Source: Octopus sinensis (Eukaryota). Taken from it: a stretch of DNA of 64,000 nt. Below the pieces are notes generated by a model. The model saw only the letters and a list, made by a program, of their open reading frames with translations. It made no database searches and was not told the DNA's origin. Of the stretch, positions 13,208 through 26,559 are shown one piece after another; the first letter of the stretch is position 1, and each line of letters starts with the position of its first letter. The position numbers and the translations under genes are program-made. The stretch covers positions 103,850,001 through 103,914,000 of the forward strand of contig NC_042999.1 in assembly GCF_006345805.1 (NCBI RefSeq), given 5' to 3'.

Positions 13208-13300
13208 CTGCTATTTGTTGTGGCAGTCACAGGAGCATCCACTGGCTCTTTGCTCTTTAAATCATTTAGGGAGGTTTTCAGCTGCTGTATGGTTTCTTCA
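13208..13300 (-). CDS. Exon at end of coiled coil (C-EETIQQLKTSLNDLKSKEPVDAPVTATTNS)
   Basis: Acceptor cttttctag|T, donor AG|gtgagg; 93 nt, phase 2-2. Confidence 0.88.
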
Positions 13301-13669
13301 CTAGAAAAGAGAAGACACAATTCAGATGGATAAAAGAAAATGACCCCTGAGACATATACAAATATGAAATCTCAAAAAAGAGTTTTAATTAATATATGGA
13401 GAAACCTGTGAAGGAGGAAGGCAGTGTTTTGGTTGGCTCCTTAATCCTTAAGACAAATAGGCTTTTGTATGTGAACAAACATTTTAGACTTTACAAAATG
13501 TAAGAATTACATTTTATAAAAGTAGAAAATTTAAAGAATAATAATTAAGAAAATTGTTGTTAATGCTGTTACCGATGAAGATGATGATTACATAAAATAA
13601 CACCAATAAAAGTGGTAGTAGAGATAGCAATGAGAGTGAAGGAGATGAGAGATGATGTTAATGGTCATG

Positions 13670-14050
13670 ATGATGATCATCATCATCATTGTTTTAATGT
13701 CCACTTTTCTATGATTGCATGGGTCAGATGGAGTTTATCAAACAGATTTACTATGGCTGAACACCCTTTCTGTCTCCAGCTATCATTGTTTCTAAGGTAA
13801 TATCCCCTGCCACTGCCCATGGTTGCTCATTTACAACTATCACACAATGTCAAGTGAAGGACACACACAGATATCCACATACAGCAGAGTTCTTTAGCTT
13901 CCATTTAATGAATCCACTCATAAGGCTTTGCTCAGCCCTGAGCTACAGTAGAAGACACTTGCTTGTCCACAGTGCCACACTGTAACAGAATATAAAACCA
14001 TGCAGTTGGGAAACAAACTTCTCAACCACAACCCCATGCCTGCACCTATG
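13670..14050 (-). mobile_element. Family-H-head SINE with RTE-like (GAT)n tail
   Basis: Head as at 970-1110; 3' half ends in (CAT)n on the plus strand. Confidence 0.7.
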
Positions 14051-15089
14051 ATGATGATAATATTAATTTGAAAGATACAAGAAAGACAAATTGTTAATGA
14101 TTAAGAACAAAAACTTTTAATACATTGAGACCTATATTCTCAAGATTTCTATTCAACAGAAGCTATTTTTAAATCTTAAGCAATAATTTCTTAACTTCAT
14201 TCAATCCATGCCAGAGCATAATTGCTTAGATTAATTATCACTCAAAAATCAGAACCAAATTTAATCAGAAAATATTTACTAGCTATGAAGAATATATGCA
14301 CACAGCACTGACATACTTTAAGATTAATTCTAATTTATTGAGCAAATCATTGAACTAAAAATAAAGCAAGGCATGCCACACATTCAGATGCATAAGACCA
14401 CAGCCATTTCAATGCAGTTTCTGTTAAACCCTAGGTCAGTCCTGATCAAAGAAACCTACAGTCAAAGATATTCCAGCCTTGATCCTATAAACATCATTAG
14501 AAGAGGAAGCCAGTGATATTATATGTGTATATTTATATATATAAAAACAGTCTCTGTGGTAGGGGCACAGGATCCTACACCTACAAGCAAAATTTCACCT
14601 ATATTCAAATTTGAAAGCAACTTCTGACAAAATCTTTAAAAATTTATATGGAAAACTATTTATGTCTTAATATAAAAACAGTAATTTAATATAAGTTACA
14701 CCACAACTCATTTATAAAATTAAAGACGTGTTATTTTTCTCCACAGAAATGTGCTTTGCAAGATCTTATGCACATGTAATTGGTGTGTAGATCATTCCTT
14801 ATTCATTGAGATATCGGAATGTAGATCATATCACTCACGAATTTGACGGACTCAAGTAGTGTATATAAGAGTAGCTGACAAGTCATGAAATATTGTTGCA
14901 CATTAGAGAGTTGTAATTAGAGCTCTGTGCCAATGTATCTGTACTATCTGTACTATTCACCATTTCAGCACTATATACACACAAACACTCTTTCTCTTGC
15001 TCTCTAACTCAGCTTATCTGATCATGTAACCAGACACTAAGGCCCTGCAGCAAGTATCACATATGTAATTGTATTGATACTGAAGTATT

Positions 15090-15620
15090 TCAGAAACATC
15101 ATGAGAGTGCCTTTGCTGTGTAAGTATTTTGGGCTACCCAATCATTAGATATTTCCCCACTACCAATTTGAAAAGTAGGGATTACATTTCTGAAGGCATT
15201 CCTCAGCCATTGGTCATGTCATGACAAACATGACATCACCAATGCTGCTGTGTGAGGGATGCTGGAGAATAGCAGAGAATTGAAGGCCTCAATGTCTGGG
15301 ACCTTGTCCTGCTAACACATACACAGCATTTTGTGTAAACAGTTCAAGCAAAATCTGAGCATTTTGGTGCATCTGCTGTAAACAGTCCTTAACTCAATAG
15401 CATAGAACAAAACTGGCAGATCAATATCTTTGTAGACCTTCAACCAGTTTCAGAAGCAGAGGCTCTTCTTCTACCAAACATTCTACTAAAAGCAATGCTG
15501 GCTTTGGCAAATATGTTGTTGACTTTAAATGTCAATGTGGTAAATTCTTAAGAGATGTACCAAGGTGTGTAAACCTATCAACAATCAGTAGCGTTCGATC
15601 TTTGACCATGATAGTAGTAA
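15090..15620 (-). pseudogene. Decayed RTE-clade (BovB-like) LINE reverse transcriptase C-terminal fragment
   Basis: With frameshifts translates to TIMVKDRTLLIVDRFTHLGTSL / VNNIFAKASIAFSRM / KVYKDIDLPVLFYAIELRTVYSRCTKMLRFCLNCLHKMLCMC*QDKVPDIE. This parallels RTE motifs FTYLGS, RIAKASAAFGRL, KVYRAVVLPTLLY.CETW and WQDKIPDTEV. Confidence 0.8.
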
Positions 15621-15678
15621 ACTAAAGAAATAAAGTAATTGCAATTTGAGGTGTCACAATATTTTGCACTTTCTAAGA

Positions 15679-15897
15679 TAGTGAGCTTGCAGAAACGTTA
15701 GCATGCAGGGCAAAATGCTTAGCAGTATTTCATCTGTCTTTACATTCTGAGTTCAAATTCCGCCAAGGTCGACTTTGCCTTTCATCCACTTGGGGGTCGA
15801 TAAATTAAGTACCAGTTGCATACTGGGGTCGATCTAATCAACTGTCCACCCCCTCCCCCAACATTTCAAGCCTTGTGCCTAGAGTAGAAAAGAATAT
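15679..15897 (+). mobile_element. Family M SINE, near full length
   Basis: GTGAGCTTGCAGAAACGTTAGC..GAGTTCAAATTCC (B box)..GTCGACTTTGCCTTTCATCC..GGGGTCGATAAATTAAGTACCAG. Similar + copies at about 17270-17485, 21172-21370, 25055-25240, 25840-26045, 52560-52720; - copy at 40770-40980. Confidence 0.8.
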
Positions 15898-15924
15898 TTT
15901 GCACTTTTATTGATTATCTTTTAG

Positions 15925-16300
15925 TTGTTTCAGTCATCAGACTGTGGCTGTGCTGGAGCACTGCTTTGAAGGATTTTAGTCAAACATATCAACCCCAGGC
16001 TTTTGTTTTTAAGCTTAATACTTATTTTATTGGTATATTTTGCCAAACCACTAAGTTACAGGGATATAAACACACTAACACTGGTTGTCAAGCAGTGATG
16101 AGGAACAAACACAAGACAGAAACACACACATACATACACACACACACTCGACAGTCTTCTTTCAGTTTCTATCTACCAAATTCACTCACAAGGCTTTGGC
16201 TGGCCCAAGGCTATATTAAATACATTTGCCCAAGGCACTATGCAGTGGGACTGAACCCAGAACCATGTGATTAGGAAGCAAACATCTTATCATACAACCA
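15925..16300 (-). mobile_element. Family H SINE, full length
   Basis: Both halves match copies at 39170, 59590 and 62735. Confidence 0.8.
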
Positions 16301-16659
16301 CAGGACAGTGACTGCAAGTTTAGCATCCTTTAGAATCAGGTTTTGATGTAATGAGCTAGGAATTTTATCTAAGACCCTTTTGTTATGTTTCACATATCAC
16401 AACAATTCATTAATTTACAAAATATTTTTTAATTCTTAATCATTTTCAAAATTAACTAAAAGATAACAAAGCACAATAGATGGACTTAAGGTATTTTGCT
16501 ACTGCCTAGAAAACCAATTTACACCAGCCACAGAGGTGCCTTGTTGAGAAAGAAACATAATTCTCCTTGTTTCAGTTTATTTGAACTAAACAAAAAGCTG
16601 GCTCCAATCATACCTGAGTGTACTACAACATGCTCGCCTTTTCTGAGAAATGGTGTGTA

Positions 16660-16800
16660 TATATATATAGGGAGAATTCACAAAAAAACAAAAGACGAAG
16701 ACAGGTGTAGACAACAAATAGATGTATTAGTATAGAAGTGAAAAAGTCTTTAACATTTTGAGCCTATGCTCTTCCACACAAAGGAACAAGGAGAGAAAAT
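16660..16800 (-). mobile_element. Penelope-like pLTR remnant with degenerate hammerhead
   Basis: Minus strand CTTT-GTGTGGA-A-GAGC-ATAG-GCTC-AAAA-TGTT-AAAG has the same layout as the intact motif at 58151; about 90 nt T-rich tail ends in (TA)n. Confidence 0.55.
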
Positions 16801-16829
16801 AAAGAATGTATAGTGGTTAGGGATCTATC

Positions 16830-16881
<52 letters not shown>

Positions 16882-18949
16882 ATATCTTTGCATATAAATA
16901 ATTTGCAGACTGAACAAAAACAAGGTCATCTGTGTCTTCACAGTTGAATAGTTTAATATTGGGAACAACAAAGAACTGTAAAAGCAAGTAAGCCAGTCAA
17001 CTAAAAAGGAATTTTTCAAAAGAGATGTAAAATTGTAAATAACAAAAATGTTGAAAAGTACAATAAACACCCTGGGCCTGTTCTGGTGCATTGTGTTATT
17101 GACATTCCAAACTGATATAGAAAAAAGTGTGTACTAAGCTTAGAAAGTACTACTTTGCTAACTGTTGCTGTCATCACAAAAGTTCAAATATAGTCTCTGT
17201 TCCTTCGTTGTTGCTGTTTAACTTAAGGTTAGCTCTAAACAAACAGATTTATTATCAAAGATACATACAATGGTGTATGGCAGAATCATTAGCATGCCAG
17301 GCAAAATGCTTAGCAGCATTTCATCTCATCTTCTGAATTCAAATTCCATCGAGGTTGATTTTGCCTTTCATCTTTTCGGGGGTCGATGAAATAAGTACTA
17401 GTTAAGCACTGGGTTCAGTATAATTGACTTATACCCTCTCACAACTTGCTGGCCTTCTGCTAAAATTTGAAACTATTATCAAAGGTACACGATCACCAAA
17501 CTTATCTTTCTTTACATGAGGGTCTACACCAGGAATGGGTATCTTCTATAAGAAGTGGGCCAGATGGGACATGACTCATGACTCAGGAAGGCCACATTGC
17601 TCAAACAACTCAAGAGAAGTGTTTTAATTAGGTGAGCCATTCAGAAAGTCCCATGGATTGCAGTCTGCCCTTGACATGTCTACACTGACAAAAGTCTTCT
17701 TTATTTAAAACAGTAGGGTACAATGTGAGAGAGATTTAGCTTCTATTTCTTGCAGGTTGGGCAAACATAAATTTGCACATTAGCACATGGGGCTTCTTCA
17801 TTAGTTCTATAGCCTCCACTCTCCACCCTTGACAATTGGAGATACTAACTTCACTACTATACTGTATCTGAAAGAATATCCAGGTCAACAATTTCCAGAT
17901 TCCTATTCATGTAGATGAGGTAAGTGAGGGATCTTTTCAGTGGTAACTCAACCTGTTAGACATAGTAGCTAATTATACTCATCTTGAAAGAGCTGGGCCC
18001 ACTAGATAAAAATAGTGCTTGAAAGAATGATTGGCTTGTCATGGATGGATTGCCTTAAGTCATAGCTTTGCTGAAAAACAACAACAATATCAGCAAATGT
18101 GAAAATTTCTACAGAGATGCTCAAATTGCAGGCAATAGCAGCCAAATCAACCACAAATCACACACTACTGTTTCGGAAAAGGCAGGATACATTGGATAAT
18201 GTAGTCCTAAATACATTGTGCCTAAGAAAAAGACAGGATGGCCACAAGTGGAATACTGTGACCATCCTATCATGAAAGTGTGTAGCAATAAATGTGGAAG
18301 ACCAAAGCCTTCATTTGGAACACATTCAACAAACAGAAACCAGCTGTTGCATTAATGACAATGGTGGTGGTGGTAGTTGAGGTGATAATGGGTATGCTAA
18401 TAATATATGTCCTTTAGCTAGAATTAACCCATTTACATTTAATACGGTGACAGAACATACACAAACATTAAAGGTTATGAGTTCACCCATAGTCCAAAGA
18501 TGCTTTGCATATATTAAGAAATATGACAAATATACAGCAGCAAACATGAGAACAATGGAAATCGAAAGAGAGGGGGAGAGAGCAGCAGCAGCACAGAAAT
18601 ACAGTTATACACATAGAGACACACACACACACAAGCACAGAATATGGAAGAGAAAATGTGTTAATAATTCTTAAGCAAAGACAACAAATTTTAAGAGATA
18701 GAAAAATGAAATCTTTTTGTTAGCAAGTTAGCATGTGTGCATCTCTCATTTATGAATGCTATTGGTAACATATAATCCAGTACAATGTGTTATGTGGTCG
18801 GTTCGCCAGAAACTAATCTGACATCTCTACTGTGCTTGCTTAGTGAAGAGGGATACTTGGAGTACAATGGAACAAAAAATAGAACATTTCAAAAGGACAA
18901 TTGAACCCTCATATACCTTTTTTTAGAAGAGTGTATTTCTGGCACATAA

Positions 18950-19130
18950 AAGCACTCATTACACTCCTGGAGTAGTTGGCATTAGGAAGGGCATCCAGCT
19001 ATAGAAAACCATGCCAAATCAGACTGGAGTCTGGTGCAGCACCTCAGCTTACCAGTCCCGGTCAAATTGTCCAACCCATGCCAGCATGGACAACGGATGT
19101 TAAATGATGATGATGATAATGATGATGATA
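18950..19130 (+). mobile_element. RTE LINE 3' tail
   Basis: GGCATTAGGAAGGGCATCCAGCT..CCAACCCATGCCAGCATGG..GTTAAATGATGATGAT. Confidence 0.8.
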
Positions 19131-20015
19131 AAGCTATAAATAATGACGGCTTCTCCCGTCAAAGACAACATATGAGTGTTCAGCTTCAGCCAAATGAGCT
19201 GCACAAATGATTTGTTTATAGCAATTAAATGTACATGCTGTCCATTAGCTCACTCTCTCCATCAAACTGACATTGCCTGAACTGGTGCACAGTGTACAAT
19301 GCATCAGATGTTGAAGTGATCACAGAGCAACATGAGATGAAGTGTTTCACTCAAAAACACAAAGGCACCACTTGGTATAGGAATTGAAACCATGATCTCA
19401 CGATCATGAGTGCAACACCCTAACCACTAGGGTGTAAATAATTGTTTAAAAGATTGAGAAATACGATGGATTGCTTTGGTCTAATGGTAGAAAGCCTGTC
19501 ATGTTTAAAGATGTGGGCTTGTGTTCCAGTCAGCCTTTTTATTTCAAAAGAGTCTTTTAATCCAATATTTGAACACTTATTTCTAATTTTATTTGCTTTG
19601 GGATTCACCATTCAAAAATATATTTTTAAAAATTAAAAAAAGAAAAAGAATTATTTCACATTCTCAAGTTTTAATAATGCCAACAACAACAAAAACACAT
19701 ACACACACACACACAAAACAGGCTTCTGTCAGTTTCTGTCTACCAAATCAACTTGCAAGGCCTTGGATAGTCCAAGGTTATAGTAGAAGACGCTTGCCCA
19801 AATTGCTGTGCAGTGGGACTGAACCCAAGATGACATAGTTGGGAAACAAGCTTCTTAACCACACAGCCACACCTCGCTGTGTGTGTGTGTGTGTGTCTGA
19901 TGCAGCAGCATGGCCATATCTCAAGGACCATCCCAAAATATAACAATAATTTGCCTCAATTTCTCTATACATGTGTAATCATTAAAATACTAATGCACAG
20001 CTATAGAATAGTTAC

Positions 20016-20158
20016 CATGTTTGGATCTGGCTTTGGCTAGACTTAAGTTGGCTTCCAAGATTTTCTATTTCTTGGTCTTTGTTCCTGATGACACCCATCA
20101 ACTGGTGTAATTCTTGCCGCATCTGCTGGAGGTCTTTGTCAACATCAGCTAAGGATTC
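20016..20158 (-). CDS. Coiled-coil protein exon (ESLADVDKDLQQMRQELHQLMGVIRNKDQEIENLGSQLKSSQSQIQT)
   Basis: Acceptor cttgcag|GAA, donor TG|gtaact; 143 nt, phase 0-2. Confidence 0.9.
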
Positions 20159-22479
20159 CTGCAAGCATTAGAAGAAAGATGAAAAAAAAAGATCAGTAAG
20201 TCATCATCACCACCACTACCACCATTGTAACCATCATCATCATCATCATCAAGTGGGACCAGTACAGATCATTAAGGGAAGTTGACCTTGAATTAAAGAC
20301 TTTACAAAAAATAACTTTTTCTCTACACCTTTTGTTGTTATTATTGGTGAGCTGGCAGAACCATTACAGCATTGAATAAAATACTCAGTGGCATTGTTTC
20401 AACTCTTCACATACTGGGTTCAAAACAATACCTCTGCCTTAACAAAGGTGGAGGTATTGTTTTCAGTTTTGTTTGTTTGTCCATGGACAAGATATCTCAA
20501 GAACCGCTGGATGGATTTGGATGAAACTTTCAGGGATGTTTGGCCTCATGACTGGCACAAACTGATTAGGTTTGAGGAGCAATCCAGTACCAGACAAGGA
20601 TTCTGGATTATTTTTCCCATTTTTTAAAAAAAATTGATTTGATAGTGTCTTGCATGGGGTGTGGGCTGTTCTTAGCTGGGCTATTTTTTTGGAAAGTGAT
20701 TAGGGTTGAGGATCCAGGTATAGCTTCTACATTTTTGTTCACATTTTTTTTTATAATGTTCAATGCTCCAATCATTACTGGTGTGGTTTTCACTTTCATG
20801 CCTCACATCTTTAATACTTCAATTTCTAGGTCTTTGTACTTAGACAATTTCTCCATTTCTTTTTGAGCAATACTTTGGTCAAAAGAGACTGCAATGTCTA
20901 TCAGTAAGCAGCCCCTCACCAATCCTTGATTATTATGCCTGAGCAACTAGCTTTATTTCTTTGTTAGTTTGAAAAGGTATATCTCAGATGATTTTGGCCT
21001 GGTCATTGTCATGTACCTTGTTTAGCACATATTTATACCATTTCTTGTCAGTTTTTATGTTGTGCGTGGCATATTGTCCAGCAGACATAACAACTTAGTC
21101 ATATCTGTATATGTATACAGATTTGGCAAGGACTGGACTATTATTATTATTATTATTATTATTTTATTATTAAGGTGGTGAGCTGCAGAGTTGTTAGCAA
21201 ACCAGGCAAAATGCTTAGCGGTATTTCGCGTGTTGCTACATTTGAGTACAAAGGCAAAGGTCGATTTAGCCTTTCATCCTTTTGGGGTCAATAAATTAAG
21301 TACCAATGAAACACTGGGGTCAATGTAATCAAATAGCCTCTGGTAGAAAGAATTATTATCATTATTATTTTGCATGATAGCCTAGGCAAATGTCTACCAT
21401 TATATTATTGGGTTGACCAAAATCTTTAAGTCAGAAAATTTGCATAATCCTATGGTGAGCAGGTGTGCACATGTGTGTTTATGTTTAAAAACCAGAATAG
21501 TTTGTGGTGTGTCTCCTCATGTCATATAACACCAGTTCATTAAACACAAAGTGATAAAATAACTAATTAGCAATATGAATTGTGTTGATATGATTGATTG
21601 ATAACAGTTAACAAAAGAACATCTGTGTTGAAAGCTACTTGTCTAGGAGGGCAAAAACCAATACATGAAACAATCTCTCCTAGTTTTCTGGTGTTGTGTA
21701 TGCAAGATGACAGAAAGATGATCTGTCTAAACCATGCCAGCATGGTTTAGATGAACATGATAACAATGATGATGATGATGATGAAATACAAGACTGGTTT
21801 TTACACAGGTACTAGTTACCACAAAGCTATGGTAAAAGACACTTGTCCACACAATGTACAGTGGGATTGAACCTGGAACCAAGTAATTGTGGAGCAAACT
21901 TCTTAACCACACAGCCATATCTGCACCTAACTTGACAGATTTTTCTTTTTTTAAACTAAGATGGGACATTTTTAATTTGTATAAAACAAAAAAAAAAGCA
22001 GAAATAGTCTCAAACAGTGGAAGTGTTGCATGTGTTTATAATTAATATTTATATAACCATCTTAGTGAAATCAAGCTTATGACTGTTACATTGTGACAGC
22101 AATCTTCACCCTCTATCTAGTGTATTTTATCATCAATTTTCAGATCAATATATATCAAAAAAAAATTTCAGGTTTTTGCTGTTAATGAGAAATTTGCTTG
22201 GAGAGAAATGATGCCAGTTGGTTTCATCTTGAAAGAATGAAATAATAGAAGAAAAAATATTTATGAAGCAGTTCATAAATCTTTCATGTTTTTGTCATGG
22301 AATAGTTGCAGAATACACTTGGATAACAGGATGGAATATAACATGTTAGAAGCAAAACTAGGGTTAGTTTGAGGTTGAAATATGAAATGAAAGTTGTTTC
22401 TTAAGGCATGCTAAAGGAAAGAAAACAAATGAAAGAGAGGAAATGGAGAAAATCTAATGTATTGTGTGATTGATTCTAA

Positions 22480-23420
22480 TTGTTATACATTGTCTATGTT
22501 TCTAAGTGTTATAAGAACATTTTGAATATATATCAGAATCTGGCGTAAGTTGCTATACAATAAATAATATTGTAAAATGATTATTCAATTAAATAGAAAT
22601 AGCCACCCCAATTCACTGTAACATAATACTACATGAAGGAAGTTTGTAAGTAGACATTTTTTTTTCAGAAATATGAGTCAATTATCTTACAGTATTGCAG
22701 AACCTATATGGAATGTTGAGCAAAAATGCATACTTAGATATTCAATTGCAATTCAACAATTGAGGAAGGTGTTCAAAAGTGAAACATTAACCAAGAGAAT
22801 GACAGGTATGGTGGTAAATTAGTCGGATGAGCATGGGTTTTATTAATGAAGCACCTCACATGTTCACCCAGTGTCATTTTCAGGACAGAAAAGTTACAAG
22901 CAACACCTTCAATCATATGCTTTGTGTAGTTCATCTCAACAGAATATCAACCAAACATCAACATGATGATTCTGAAAGGTTTAAATTTACCCCCATTTTA
23001 TTCTTAGACTTGAACAAATACTAAATGAAGATGATATTGATCATCAGGATCAATTCTCCACAGAAATGCTAATGCTCTTTTACAATGATCTTCGTCTCAT
23101 TGATCAGATAATTTTAGATCAATCAACATTTCATTGACAGATTCAACTGCATATATTTAAACTGAAGATGATTTTCATATGAAATCAAAGGTGTATAAGT
23201 AGATATTTCCTTTTGACATTCCAGGCAATAACAGATAACATTGTCATTACCTGACAATGAGTCACTCATACACTTTTCAGCAGGATGGGGCCTCCAGGAT
23301 CTCTTGATCTGACCATTCCTTCTGAGCATATCTCAAGAAATATGTCTAGCAACACAAACTCACCACCATCCAGAAATTACAAACTACAATCATTAATGAA
23401 TTTGCTTAATTTGACAGCTG
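22480..23420 (+). mobile_element. Highly decayed Tc1/mariner transposon remnant
   Basis: TFQQDGAS at about 23272-23295, followed shortly by GSLDLT, resembles the FQQDGAP and SPDLNP motifs around the catalytic D residues; the rest is not cleanly readable and the boundaries are guessed. Confidence 0.35.
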
Positions 23421-23427
23421 ACTTGTC

Positions 23428-23645
23428 TAAACCTTTAGCATTCAGATTACTTTGTCAAATTCAATGCTTATTTATTCATATTGCTTTGAATTAATCATGG
23501 ATTATCTTGTAGCTTTGAGTTTTTGATGATGTGATTGTTTATTTTTAGAATAATACCATAGAGTAGGTGTGAGAAACTGAATCTGACATGTTTGAACATA
23601 AAATGGATAGAATATTTGGGTTGGGTGTGGCCAGTAAAAGGTTAA
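23428..23645. mobile_element. piggyBac-type MITE family B
   Basis: AAACCTTTAGCATTCAGATTAC...AAAAGGTTAA; body matches 50593-50821. Confidence 0.75.
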
Positions 23646-24201
23646 TGTTTGCTCACCAGCAGTCTAGCCACAGAGGATTATGTTACAAGTACAAGGATCT
23701 GAGGAATACTCAGTCATTTATCAATTCAATGTGTAGGCCAATCTATTGACTGAACAATTAGAATATGTCAGTTGAAAAGAAGGAGTGTGTGCATGTGTGT
23801 TAATAATAAATCAACAATGAAGAAGGAATATGAAGATAGTGTTTGAATTTGTAGTATAAGAATGTTGATGATGCTGTTGGTGATGGCTGATTTCATGCAA
23901 AATTAGTAACAAAAAAAGATGGCAAAGAAAATGAAGAAAAAGTGAACATAAAGGTAATCATTCCAAAAAAACAAAAAAGGTTCTTTTAAAGTAAGACAAT
24001 GATAAAGAAGAAATAAATATACAGAAAGTCATGCAGTGAAATGTGATAAAAAAATACAGCAAAAATATACAGCTGAAAAAAAAATTCATAAAAAACCAAA
24101 AAAACACCCCAAATATAAAAATTAAAAATAGGAAAAATAAGCTCTCAACAAACGTGGTGTCCCAACATGGATGCAACCAAATACCTAAAACCAGGAACAA
24201 T

Positions 24202-24232
<31 letters not shown>

Positions 24233-24989
24233 GAGCTAAAACCCACCTCATTCGCCACATTGCTGTTTTTACCTTACAGTTTACATGTGAGAAACTCAGA
24301 GTAGCAATAATTGGGAGACATTAGCTCTTCAAATAAATGAATAAACTCTACTGAATACATTTAGTACATCTCTCTCCTGATGGTAAATAAAGCACACAAA
24401 CACTCACATAAAATACATGGAAAATCCATCCTACTCATGATAAAACAGGGAACACACACACACAACATGTAGTTCAGCTTCAAAATTATTCCTTTTTGTA
24501 AAAAGAATATATTTTTTTAAATAGGTGTCATTGTGAAGTCAAGATCATCATCATTATTATTATTATTGAGTGAGAGAACAGTGCATGCCATCAAAGTGAC
24601 ACTGGGTAAAATATACGAAGCTCAGTATATCCATCGTGACTACCCGTCTGATAAGGGTACGTCAGGCACATGCATCACAACCATACATACATGACATAAA
24701 GCCAATCCCACTCAAAAGGTCCCTGAATAATAGTTGTTTAAGGATGTTGAACAAAACACCTATGTTTCCAAAGGTGAAATATCCAAACCCCAAAGAATTC
24801 CTCTCAACACATGATGCTCTCCCACTACTTCTGCTTGTGGTCAGAGATGCACATATCGTCAGCCACTAAGGGACCATGATATATGATAAGGCTGGATCTT
24901 TGAATTACAGTGTACTACTCTTTTCTTCCTCCTCACTCCACTTTCGTTATCCCACACACTTTCCCATTGGTTATAAAACTCAAAACCCA

Positions 24990-25024
<35 letters not shown>

Positions 25025-26339
25025 ATACTATAATAATAATAATAATAATAATAATAAAGTGGTGAACTAGCAGAACCATTAGCACCCATTTTGTCAGTGA
25101 GTTCAAATTCCACCAAGGTCAACATTGCCTTTCAGGTCAACAAAATAAGTACCAGTAAAGTACTGGAGTGTATGTAGTTGACTTATCCCTCACCCTCAAA
25201 AACAGCTGGTTCTGTACCAAAATTTGAAATCATTATTTTTATGGCTTAGTCAGAGGAAAAAGAGCAACACTCAGGGCCTTTGAGACCAGTAGAGTAGAGA
25301 GAGGAATAACCAGTGACCCAGGCTGTCTTCAAAGCAGAGACTTAGTCTAAATGCTTACTACATAATGAATGGATTCCACTAAAGGTACACAAAAAGGATA
25401 AATAAAGAATTAAGCTAACTGCACGTAACAGAGTGACCCTTACACACACTATCAACATATTAGATTTAATGTTATTCAGCATAACATATATAAAAAAAAA
25501 AGAAAGAAATTTGAGTAGTGTTTCTAAGAAAATGATATTCATCATAAATTCCAAAAATATTTCACCAGTCAGATAAAATGTTGAGATTTATTTATCCCAA
25601 CTGTAACCCAATTATTTATTTTTTAAGTAATCACTGGCTACTATGCTGTCAAAAAGAAATTCTACACCCGACAAGAGGAAGTTTGTTGAGTCTGTTTGAT
25701 AGTTTTATCTGGTAACTAAACAAAAATAAAACATATCTACTGGACAAAACATGAAATATATCTCTCTTAGATAAATTACACCCACTCTGGTTCAATGTCC
25801 TTATACAGATCATCATCACTATCAACATCAATATTATTGTCTGTGGATTGGCAAAATCATTAGTGTTGGAAAAGTGCTTTGTGTTATTTCCTCCTGTACA
25901 TTCTGATTTCAATCCTGCTGAGGTCAACTTTGCCATTTATTTCTACAGGGTTGTACAGTAAAGAACCAATCAATTACTGGGATGAATGTAATCAACTAAC
26001 ACCTCCCCTTAAAATTGTTGATCTTGTTTCTAAATTAGAAACAGTTAGTAACAAAGCAGAAGTGGGGGTAAATCTAGTGGTTGGAAAATTACAAAGACTT
26101 CTTGCTTCTGTCAACTTCAAATCCTAATGGCAATGATTTGAAACTTTAAGTAAATAGCCAAATAATTTCCAGACAGGATAGGAATCCAGGTTATTACAAG
26201 TGACATTCCTAGATGAGTATCTATTCTTGAGACACTGATGAAACTGAAATGCCAGCACTATTTCCATAAGAAAAAAGAGAGAGAAAAGGACACAGTCAGG
26301 GTTTGATCATATGTCTACTTGGCAAAGGATAACTTGGGG

Positions 26340-26559
26340 TTAGTCTTTTAGCATTCAGATTTCTCAAATGCAATGTTTATTCATATTGATTTGAATTAAT
26401 CAAGCATTACCTTGTAGTTGTGAAATTTCAATGACATTATTGTTTATTTTTAGAATAATATTGAAAGGGAAGTGTGAGAGGCCAGAGCTGGCCAGTTTGA
26501 AGATAAAACAGGGGTGAATATTTTGGCTGGATATGGCCAGTTTAAATGCTAAAGGGTTA
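26340..26559. mobile_element. piggyBac-type MITE family B
   Basis: Ends TTTAAATGCTAAAGGGTTAA; body matches 50593-50821. A reverse-orientation partial copy lies at about 30960-31180. Confidence 0.75.

Noticed and set aside
16613-16641. 29-nt exon-like segment (tctcag|AAAAGG...CTCAG|gtatga) on minus strand
   Set aside because: Not a multiple of 3, creates TGA when joined to exon 20016, and flanking exons join in frame without it. At most a cryptic or poison exon.
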